Source: Alphaproteobacteria bacterium (GTDB lineage: Bacteria > Pseudomonadota > Alphaproteobacteria > WRAU01 > Hepatincolaceae). Taken from it: a stretch of 64,000 nt of DNA. Positions 19,964 through 28,014 of the stretch are shown one piece after another. A program made the position numbers and the translations under genes. The notes below the pieces were generated by a model. That model was not told where the DNA came from. It did not search any database and saw only the letters and a program-made list of their open reading frames with translations. The stretch spans positions 19,113 through 83,112 of the forward strand of contig JAIRQL010000100.1 in NCBI GenBank assembly GCA_031256515.1. The letters run 5' to 3'. How positions within the stretch are numbered: the first letter of the stretch is position 1; every line of letters begins with the position of its first letter.

Positions 19964-20231
19964 ATATATTCTATTTATTTTTATATATAGATTAGTATTA
20001 ATTATATAGGCTGTTAGTTCTATGATTTAAATTTTATTAATAGTTTATCCACATAGTTATAAACACTTGAATCTTAATAAAAATATAGTGAAATTAGCTT
20101 TATTCAAATTTAGATTTTATTTTACTAACAAGTGGATAAGTTTGTTAATAAATATTATAATAATAGTTGATAAAAATCATGAAAAAATTTATCCACAGGA
20201 TATACACAGATTATAAATAGAGTTATTCAAT
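19964..20231. other. Putative oriC (DnaA-box cluster)
   Basis: Perfect TTATCCACA at 20045-20053 and 20189-20197; near-consensus boxes at 20057-20065, 20131-20139 (rev), 20143-20151 (rev), 20200-20208; AT-rich 19964-20040; gene-strand switch; typical alphaproteobacterial rho...aroE-coaE-dnaQ context. Confidence 0.85.
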
Positions 20232-20975
20232 TTGCAAAAAAATTCTAAGTTGGGCTTATTAGGAAAAAATATTTCTTATTCGCTATCGCCTAAAATTTAT
20301 AATTATTGGTTTAAAGAACATAATATTAATGCTACTTACAATTTAATAGATGTAGAAACTATAGATTCTAATATTTTTACTGAATTTAAAGGTTTTAATA
20401 TTACCAAGCCTTATAAAGAAACTATCTTGCCACTATTAAGAGATGTTTCTTTGGAAGTAAAATTTATAAAATCGGTGAATTTAGTAATAGATTCTATAGG
20501 GTTTAATACCGATTATTTAGGGCTTTTAGATAGCTATAAATATTACAATATTAATTTTAGTAAAAAAAATGTGTTAATTTTAGGAGCAGGTGGAGCAGCT
20601 AGAGCTTTAATATATTCTTTAGCTAATTTTGATTGTAATATTTTTATTTATAATAGAACACCTGAAAAATCTTATAAAGTAATAGAAGATTTTAAAGATT
20701 TAAAAATTCAAGAATATAAAGAGAATATGGAGTTTGATATTATCTTTAATGCGACAACTCTTAATTTTTTAGAAATTTTATCGCAGGTTAAGTTTAAAAA
20801 TAACCGTGAGATTATTTATTACGATCTTAATTATTATCATAATAAATTAGAAGATTTTAAATGTATAGATGGGTTATATATGTTGTTATTTCAAGCTAAA
20901 TATAATTTTGAAAAATTTTTTGGAATAACTCCGCAAGTGAATCAGCAATTAATAGATTATATAAAAACTAAATGA
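20232..20975 (+). CDS. aroE: Shikimate dehydrogenase (compact, divergent)
   Basis: GKNISYSLSP, GFNITKPYK, GFNTD, GAGGAARA, DGLYMLLFQA. Confidence 0.85.
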   Translation: MQKNSKLGLLGKNISYSLSPKIYNYWFKEHNINATYNLIDVETIDSNIFTEFKGFNITKPYKETILPLLRDVSLEVKFIKSVNLVIDSIGFNTDYLGLLDSYKYYNINFSKKNVLILGAGGAARALIYSLANFDCNIFIYNRTPEKSYKVIEDFKDLKIQEYKENMEFDIIFNATTLNFLEILSQVKFKNNREIIYYDLNYYHNKLEDFKCIDGLYMLLFQAKYNFEKFFGITPQVNQQLIDYIKTK

Positions 20976-21562
20976 AAATTATTGGTATAACTGGTTATAT
21001 TGGTTCTGGAAAATCTACAGTTTCTAAAATGTTTAGAGATAGAGGTTTTTATTATTTTGATAGCGATTCTTATGTGGCTAAGCTCAATAATAATAAAGAA
21101 ATTTTAAGCGAAATTAAAAAGTACTTTCCCCAAAGTATTGTTAATAATCAGCTGGATAAAAAAATCCTTAAGGAAATTTTATTTAAAGATTATGAAACAA
21201 ATATTGCTAAATTAGAGAGTATTTATCATCCCTATGTGATAAAAAAAATTAAAAGATTAATTTTTATCGGTAAAATACTTTTTAGAAAATTTTTATTATT
21301 AGAAGTTCCACTGCTTTTTGAAGCAAAAATAAATGAACTATGTGATATAACTATTTTAGTAAGATGTTCTGTTGCCACCCAAATAAAAAGGGTAATGAAT
21401 CGTTCTAAAATTAATATAGAAGATTTAGGTAAAATTATGGCAAAGCAAAAGAAACTAAATTATGATACTATTCCTTTTTCTTATATAATAAATACTGATA
21501 AAACAATAGAAGATGTAGAAAAAGAGGTTATAAAAATTATTAAGGAAATTTCTAATGAATAG
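20972..21562 (+). CDS. coaE: Dephospho-CoA kinase
   Basis: GITGYIGSGKSTV, HPYV, EVPLLFE. Confidence 0.93.
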   Translation: MKIIGITGYIGSGKSTVSKMFRDRGFYYFDSDSYVAKLNNNKEILSEIKKYFPQSIVNNQLDKKILKEILFKDYETNIAKLESIYHPYVIKKIKRLIFIGKILFRKFLLLEVPLLFEAKINELCDITILVRCSVATQIKRVMNRSKINIEDLGKIMAKQKKLNYDTIPFSYIINTDKTIEDVEKEVIKIIKEISNE

Positions 21563-22238
21563 AAAAATTTTATTAGATGTGGAAACTACAGGGTTTTATT
21601 ACGACAGAGATGATAAAATTGTAGAATTAGCTTGTGTAGAAATTTTTGATGATAAACAAATGCAGGCTGAATTTCATTACTATATTAATCCGCAAAGAGA
21701 TATTCCTGCAGAAACTACTAAAGTTCATGGGATTTCTAATGAAATGGTTAAAGATTCTCCAGTTTTTGCTGGGGTTGTAGAAGAATTTTTAAACTTTGTT
21801 GGTGATAGCGAAATTATCGCCCATAATGCTAAGTTTGATATGAGTTTTATTAATGCTGAACTAAAGAAAGTTGGTAAAGATATTATTAATCCTAATAGAT
21901 TTATAGATACTTTAAAATTGGCACAAGATAAGTTTCCAGGTCAGCGAAATAATTTAGATATTTTATGTAAAAGATTAGGTATTAGTCTTGATTCTAGAAA
22001 AGATCATCATGGAGCATTGATTGATACTAGATTGTTAGGTGAAGTTTATATTCAATTAACTGGTGGGCAAAAAAGTATGTTTGATACAGAGTTTTCTGCC
22101 ACAGATAATGTTGCACTAGGGAAAATATTATCGTATGATAATAGCAATTTTACTTATAGAAAATTTGATTTAACTGCAGAGCAGATAGAAAATCATAAAA
22201 ATTTTCTAACAAAAATTAAAAATCCTAAGTGGTTATAG
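21555..22238 (+). CDS. dnaQ: DNA polymerase III epsilon subunit
   Basis: DVETTG, AHNAKFD, HGALID, QLTGGQ. Confidence 0.95.
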   Translation: MNRKILLDVETTGFYYDRDDKIVELACVEIFDDKQMQAEFHYYINPQRDIPAETTKVHGISNEMVKDSPVFAGVVEEFLNFVGDSEIIAHNAKFDMSFINAELKKVGKDIINPNRFIDTLKLAQDKFPGQRNNLDILCKRLGISLDSRKDHHGALIDTRLLGEVYIQLTGGQKSMFDTEFSATDNVALGKILSYDNSNFTYRKFDLTAEQIENHKNFLTKIKNPKWL

Positions 22239-22256
22239 TAAATAAAGGAAAAGGTA

Positions 22257-22904
22257 GTGGAAGATTTTTTAAAATATATTGATGTTATTCTTTTAGGGAT
22301 ATTAATAGTAGTTTTACTTTTTGTTTTTAGAAGATTATTAGGTAAAAGAGTAGGATATGAAAAACCTGAGGTTTCTACTAATAATTATCCTGAGGTAGTA
22401 TTAGGAAATAATACTAAAACTGTAGATTCTCCTGAAGAAGATAAATATAAATATCCGATTGGTAGTTTAATGCAGAAGCTAGAAGTTATTACAGAACACG
22501 ATATTTCATTTTCAGCCAAAACTTTTATTGAATCTTCTAAAAAAGCCTTTGAAATGATTGTTAAGGCTTATGCTAGTGGTAGCCTTGATGGTGTTAGAGA
22601 TTTTATTTCTGAAAAGGTTTATGAATCTTTTTATCAATCATCGCAACAAAGAAGATCCGAAGGACAAACTCTTTATGTTGATATTAAACAATTTATGTTA
22701 GCTGAGATTATTGATGTTAATATTGATGATAATTATGATACTCAAATTTCAGTTAAGTATGTTTCTTTACAAAGCAGAGAGTTAGTTTCTGGATTACAGT
22801 CGCCTTCTATGAATCAAAAAGCTACTGAGATTAGAGAAACTTGGGTATTTGCAAAAAATATTAAAGAAAATACTTCTATATGGAAGTTAGTAAAAACTTA
22901 TTAG
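22257..22904 (+). CDS. Tim44/TimA-family membrane protein
   Basis: N-terminal TM, LRRLLGKR-like motif, C-terminal ETWVFAKN...WKL. Confidence 0.8.
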   Translation: MEDFLKYIDVILLGILIVVLLFVFRRLLGKRVGYEKPEVSTNNYPEVVLGNNTKTVDSPEEDKYKYPIGSLMQKLEVITEHDISFSAKTFIESSKKAFEMIVKAYASGSLDGVRDFISEKVYESFYQSSQQRRSEGQTLYVDIKQFMLAEIIDVNIDDNYDTQISVKYVSLQSRELVSGLQSPSMNQKATEIRETWVFAKNIKENTSIWKLVKTY

Positions 22905-22941
22905 TGAAAAGTTAGTTTCTTGTATTAAAAAAAGAATAATA

Positions 22942-23511
22942 ATGAAAAAGATTTCTAATAATGAATTCCAAGAGATTTTTTTAGGAAAGAAAGAAGAAAA
23001 CAAAGAATCTATTAAAGAAGATGAGATTTTTACTAGAGCAATGGATAATGTTATCCCTTTAAAAGATAACAAAAAATTTTTGGATATCCCTCTTAAAAAG
23101 ATTAATTTAGAGGTAATATCTAATTTAGATTTTAATGATAATAACACTCCTGATAACTTTAAAATTCGCCTACTCTCAAGAAAAGAAATTTCTCACATAA
23201 AAAAATTAAAAAAATCCATAGAATCAGTCTTAGATTTACATGGTAGAACTGTGGCTGAATCTGAAATTTTATTAAGTAGTTTTGTTAAGAATAGCTTTGC
23301 TAAAGGCTATATTTTAGTAATGGTCATTACCGGTAAGGGGAATAATTCTACAGAAAAAGAAAACGGTATGGGAGTTCTGAAATCGTTTTTCTTATCTTGG
23401 CTACAAACAGAAGAATCCCATAAATATGTAATTTCTTATGGTGAAGCTATCCAAAGCCATGGCGGTAGCGGTGCTTTTTATGTTTGCTTACGAAAAAACA
23501 AAAATCTATGA
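22942..23511 (+). CDS. Smr/MutS2 C-terminal domain protein
   Basis: LDLHG, VITGKG, HGGSGAFYV. Confidence 0.88.
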   Translation: MKKISNNEFQEIFLGKKEENKESIKEDEIFTRAMDNVIPLKDNKKFLDIPLKKINLEVISNLDFNDNNTPDNFKIRLLSRKEISHIKKLKKSIESVLDLHGRTVAESEILLSSFVKNSFAKGYILVMVITGKGNNSTEKENGMGVLKSFFLSWLQTEESHKYVISYGEAIQSHGGSGAFYVCLRKNKNL

Positions 23512-23976
23512 TTCTTTTTTACTATCGGAATTTAGCTGAACCGTATTTAAAAAGCATTTTTTGTTATCTATCTTTTTAAGATCATTATCATAGCTAACAA
23601 CATCTTTTATACTAAGTAGAGAGTTATCCCAAATAATATTTAAGATACAAAAAGGATTCCGATACTGCCACAGCTCTATAACTACTTCATTTTTTATAAG
23701 ATAAGGACTGCCAGCTACATTTAAAACATCAGCTTTGCTTAGTGTGATAATATCTTTAGTATCATTCTCTATCTCTGATAGAAGATTCTGGATTTCTTCT
23801 TTTTTATATATTTGTAAACTACCATCTGCATAGTTTTTTAACACATCTTCTTTTGACATATTGTAATTAGGAATATATGAAGAATCGTTGTTAGATGTAA
23901 AGCTAGATATGGGTCTTTGTTGACCACAAGAATATATTAAAAATAATAAGCTAAATAGTACTAAAAGTTTTTTCAT
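23506..23976 (-). CDS. Hypothetical lipoprotein
   Basis: MKK + hydrophobic stretch + lipobox IYSC; GSP...ELWQYR..C motif reminiscent of SmpA/BamE-like lipoproteins. Confidence 0.6.
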   Translation of the reverse strand: MKKLLVLFSLLFLIYSCGQQRPISSFTSNNDSSYIPNYNMSKEDVLKNYADGSLQIYKKEEIQNLLSEIENDTKDIITLSKADVLNVAGSPYLIKNEVVIELWQYRNPFCILNIIWDNSLLSIKDVVSYDNDLKKIDNKKCFLNTVQLNSDSKKES

Positions 23977-24046
23977 GATAATTAATTAATATTGTTGTCT
24001 AATATGTGTATAATAATATAGTTTAATAATTAAAATTTAGTTTATT

Positions 24047-24619
24047 ATGAAAATTTTTTTATCCATATTATTTTTAATATTATCTTTTTCTTATGCTAGA
24101 AGTAATAACTTATTTTTAGAAGAAATACAAAGTAAAAGAGAAGATTATATCAACAAAAATGTACTAAGTTTTTCTTATGCTAATAATTCCTCTGTTTCTG
24201 CAGGCTTATACTCAATGCAAGTTAGTCCTTTTTATAAGTGGAATTTTCTTCTTAATAATTTTGCAATAAGACTAAATTATATAGATTACAATATTGACGA
24301 ATTTTATTCTAATAAAAACTATGAAGTAGTTTTGGTTTACAATATTATAAAGCATGAATTTTTGACTTTATATCTTAACTATGCTATATATTCTATGTAT
24401 AATTTAAGATTCTATGACTTTGATACAGATAAAGATGTTAATCTAATAAAGTATGGAAAGTCCTTTAGCTTAGGCTTTGATACTAATATTTACAATAATC
24501 TTTATCTAACTTTTGAAAAAAGATGGGTCAATGTGGAAGAAAATTATATTAAAGATTTAGATTCTTTTTACATAGGATTAAAATATAAAGTTTCCTTAAA
24601 AATACTTAAAGAGGGTTAA
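24047..24619 (+). CDS. Putative small outer-membrane beta-barrel protein
   Basis: Signal peptide, alternating aromatic strands, late strand FYIGLKYK. Confidence 0.5.
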   Translation: MKIFLSILFLILSFSYARSNNLFLEEIQSKREDYINKNVLSFSYANNSSVSAGLYSMQVSPFYKWNFLLNNFAIRLNYIDYNIDEFYSNKNYEVVLVYNIIKHEFLTLYLNYAIYSMYNLRFYDFDTDKDVNLIKYGKSFSLGFDTNIYNNLYLTFEKRWVNVEENYIKDLDSFYIGLKYKVSLKILKEG

Positions 24620-24622
24620 TTT

Positions 24623-25150
24623 ATGGATATATCAAAAATAAAAATCGGTGATAAAGTTCCTGATGAATTCAATACTATTATTGAAATTCCAGCTGGGGTT
24701 AATCCGGTTAAGTATGAAATTGATAAAGAATCTGGTATGTTAATTGTTGATAGATTCGTAGCTACAGCTATGTTTTATCCTTGTAATTATGGCTTTGTTC
24801 CTAATACTTTGGCAGAAGATGGTGATCCTTTGGATGTTTTAGTATTTACTCATATGCCTGTGGTAGCTGGTAGTGTAATTAAAGTAAGACCAATTGGGTT
24901 TTTAAATATGGAAGACGAAGCTGGTAAAGATGCTAAGATTCTTTGTGTTCCTGTTAATAAAGTTACCAAATATTATAAAGATATTATAACTTATAAAGAT
25001 TTACCTGAGCTTACTTTATCTCAAATTAAACACTTCTTTGAAAACTATAAAGGATTAGAAGAAGGTAAGTGGGTTAAAGTCGGTGATTATCAAGGTGTAG
25101 ATGAAGCTAAAGTAATGATTATAGACTCTATAAAAAGGTATAAGCATTAG
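24623..25150 (+). CDS. ppa: Inorganic pyrophosphatase
   Basis: KYEIDK, YPCNYG, DGDPLD, DEAGKDAK, HFFENYK. Confidence 0.96.
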   Translation: MDISKIKIGDKVPDEFNTIIEIPAGVNPVKYEIDKESGMLIVDRFVATAMFYPCNYGFVPNTLAEDGDPLDVLVFTHMPVVAGSVIKVRPIGFLNMEDEAGKDAKILCVPVNKVTKYYKDIITYKDLPELTLSQIKHFFENYKGLEEGKWVKVGDYQGVDEAKVMIIDSIKRYKH

Positions 25151-25179
25151 CCACTTTGTTTTAAGAGAAAGAAACCGTT

Positions 25180-25857
25180 ATGTATAAAATTTTTTCAACT
25201 TTATTAATATTTTTTGCTTTGTCTTTAAGCCCGATTAAGGCTACGAGCTTGTTTAATCTTAATGATTTTGATCCTGAGGATAGCACTAGATTCACTATTC
25301 AGTTAAAAACTTTCAAACCTTCAAGGATTTATGGAGTTATTACAAACGATCCTAATGCTCAAAATTCTAATAGTATGGACTATGGTTTTGGTGGTGCTGT
25401 TAATTTTTTAAACTTTGAATATTCTCCTATATTTGAAACTGGTGATAGATTTACTCTTTATTATAGTTTTGCTAATGGTTATCCAGTGAATCCTTATATT
25501 GGAATTTCTTATATTCAAAATACTGATATTTATGATAAACCTACAAAAAGTAAAATAGACGGCTATGATGGTTTGCTTGGAATTGAAGTAAGTTATTTTA
25601 AATATATAGTTCCTTATTTTGAATATATGCCTTATTCTTCATTATGGATGTTTGGGGTAAGATTCAAATTAAGTGTAATAATTGATAAAAGAGATGCCCC
25701 GCAACTTAATAAAGATGCCCAACAGCAGAGTAATACTAATAATCCAGCAACAGGAAATACAGCAAATGCTACGGGAGTAGCTTCGTCTAGTGCTAATGTT
25801 CCTACTGTTAATCAACCGAGTCCAGCTCCTGCTACCTCAGGTAGGCTAGGTAGATAA
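25180..25857 (+). CDS. Putative outer-membrane protein with low-complexity P/A/T/N-rich C-terminal tail
   Basis: Signal peptide, NPYIGISY strand, WMFGVRFKL, then disordered tail. Confidence 0.5.
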   Translation: MYKIFSTLLIFFALSLSPIKATSLFNLNDFDPEDSTRFTIQLKTFKPSRIYGVITNDPNAQNSNSMDYGFGGAVNFLNFEYSPIFETGDRFTLYYSFANGYPVNPYIGISYIQNTDIYDKPTKSKIDGYDGLLGIEVSYFKYIVPYFEYMPYSSLWMFGVRFKLSVIIDKRDAPQLNKDAQQQSNTNNPATGNTANATGVASSSANVPTVNQPSPAPATSGRLGR

Positions 25858-25887
25858 TAGGTAATTAAAATATAATTAAAGGTAATT

Positions 25888-26466
25888 ATGAAAATATCAA
25901 AATATATTATATTAAGTTTAGGACTGTTCTTAGGTTTCTCAGCTTCTTCTATGGCAATGGGTATTCCAGAAGTTTATATAAGTGGTGCTTTTGCTAAAAG
26001 TAAATCAAAAATGGATGTGGAAACTGAGAGCAATTTAGATTCTATTAAAAAGAATTTTGATACTAATTCTTACTTATTAAGTTTAGGTATTCGTCCATTA
26101 AATGTTCCAGTTTTTGGAAATTTTAGAGTTGAAGCTCAATACTTAGGAGCTTTGTCTGGTGATGCTAATAAAGATAATCAATATGCTTTAGTAGTATACT
26201 ATGATATACTTAGAATTATTCCATTTATTAATCCTTATATAGGAGTAGGAGCTAAATATGCATCTTATAAATTCAATAGTATAGAAGATCTTAAACAGAA
26301 AAATAAATCATTATATACATTTCATGCTGGTTTAGTGGGGGAAACTCCGATTGCTCCTTTAGGTTTTTTTGTGGAATACAGATATTCTAATACTATGAAT
26401 TCTAATACTTTTAAGATGAATAGTAGTGATGTTATGTTAGGATTAAGATATTATATTCTAAAATAA
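25888..26466 (+). CDS. Outer-membrane beta-barrel protein (OmpA-TM/Opa/P44-like)
   Basis: Signal peptide, FRVEAQY, YYD, INPYIGVGA, EYRY, terminal LGLRYY. Confidence 0.72.
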   Translation: MKISKYIILSLGLFLGFSASSMAMGIPEVYISGAFAKSKSKMDVETESNLDSIKKNFDTNSYLLSLGIRPLNVPVFGNFRVEAQYLGALSGDANKDNQYALVVYYDILRIIPFINPYIGVGAKYASYKFNSIEDLKQKNKSLYTFHAGLVGETPIAPLGFFVEYRYSNTMNSNTFKMNSSDVMLGLRYYILK

Positions 26467-26833
26467 CTTAATTAAGCTGATTTTTGTTGAATTTGTAATA
26501 TTTTATAATAGGATATAATTCAGGTAAAATGTTAATATTAATAAACTTAAGAAAAAATTAAGATAGAAAGTTATTTAATATTATTAAATATTTGATTATC
26601 TTTTATAAAGAGTTTACAATTTATATATATTTAGAGTATATTAGCTTGAGTATTAGTTGTTTTACAGATATTTTATTTTTCTGCAAAAAAAACTTTCTAA
26701 TAAAAATAAAGAGCTAAAAGTAAAATATATAAGTTTTAGTAGTTAGTTAGGTTTTAACTAAAAATTAGAGTTTTTACTTGGATAAGTTTTTTAACATAGT
26801 GAGTATTTTTTTAACTTAATAATTGGTTTGTTT

Positions 26834-27640
26834 ATGAAATTAAGTATTTTTCTAAAAGGGTTTGTATCTTTTTTTGTTTTAGTTTTTAGTACCTCAGCAT
26901 GGGCATTATTTCCTGATAAAGATGTTTATCCTAGTAAAGATAATTTTGGTGTTTATGTTGGTGTTGGTGTTGGTACATCAGCTAGTAATACTTTTGGTAT
27001 GGCTTCTAAACAGGATTATGTTTCTTTATATGCTCCAAGTAGAACTCTTGAAGGTGGAGTAGCTTTTGCAAATATGGGTTTAAGGTTTTATGATTTTAGA
27101 TTTGAAGGTGAATATTCTAACTTTTATCAATGGTATTCTGTTATAAATGATCAAAGATTACATACAAGTGCCATCAACTCTAATACTTTGCCATCAAGGG
27201 GACAAGAGGCTTTAACAGGTTTTGCTATTAATGCTTACTATGATATGAGATTTATCTCTGAAAAATTTTATCCTTATATAGGTATAGGGGCAGGTAAGGC
27301 TGGTGCCAGATATGTATGGATTGATACTGAATTACAACCAAATGGTTTAGGGCAAGCATTTTCAGGTAATAAAGATGTAACCTTTACACAATTGATGGTT
27401 GGTTTGCAGTATGATTTAAGAATTATTAAATCTTCTTTCAGTGTAGAATATCGCTATATGAAAGGAAGTTCAGTTCGTGTTGAACCAAGTAATGATGGTT
27501 TGCATGATATTACTAACCCTAGTTATGAACCAGGTGGAACAGATTCAGGGTTTACTACAGATTGGCAGGCTCCTGTTGGTAGAGATATAACACCTACTTT
27601 TCATTCTGTGATATTTGCTATTAAATATTACCTCTACTAG
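26834..27640 (+). CDS. Outer-membrane beta-barrel protein (OmpA-TM/Opa/P44-like)
   Basis: Signal peptide, FRFEGEYS, NAYYD, FYPYIGIGAG, QLMVGLQY, EYRY, terminal IKYYLY. Confidence 0.75.
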   Translation: MKLSIFLKGFVSFFVLVFSTSAWALFPDKDVYPSKDNFGVYVGVGVGTSASNTFGMASKQDYVSLYAPSRTLEGGVAFANMGLRFYDFRFEGEYSNFYQWYSVINDQRLHTSAINSNTLPSRGQEALTGFAINAYYDMRFISEKFYPYIGIGAGKAGARYVWIDTELQPNGLGQAFSGNKDVTFTQLMVGLQYDLRIIKSSFSVEYRYMKGSSVRVEPSNDGLHDITNPSYEPGGTDSGFTTDWQAPVGRDITPTFHSVIFAIKYYLY

Positions 27641-27644
27641 GGGT

Positions 27645-27747
27645 AAAAGATAATCTTTTGAGTTTTTACTTTGTTGCTTTACTCCTCACATATTAATATA
27701 TGCTACGGAGTAAATATCCTAGTAAAACTCTCAAAATATTAGCTTTT
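27645..27747. repeat. MITE/RPE-like palindromic element, copy 1
   Basis: Ends AAAAGATAAT / ATTAGCTTTT; inner stem TTTACTCC/GGAGTAAA around TCACATATTAATATATGCTAC. Confidence 0.75.
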
Positions 27748-28014
27748 ATTTAAAATTTATTAATTTTTCATTTATATTCAAAGTTTAAGATAAATCTAAT
27801 AATTGTTGGTCTTTATATTTTGCAAGATAGATTCTATGCTTTGGAATTATCTTTCTAATTTTAATTTTAATTTGTACTATCCCAGCTTTACAATATATTT
27901 CTTTTTAATATATCTTCAAACTAATTAAATAAAAATTTACTTAATTTTATTACATTATTTTGTGTATAATCTATTTATGGTAAACAAAATTAAATTGCTT
28001 AATAGATTGGTAAA

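Noticed and set aside
26547-26561. TTAA-N7-TTAA CtrA-box-like motif upstream of an OMP gene
   Set aside because: Expected by chance in a very AT-rich spacer; no independent support.
27750-28014. Small ORFs (about 30 codons) upstream of mutS
   Set aside because: No RBS, low-complexity AT-rich composition, no recognisable motif.
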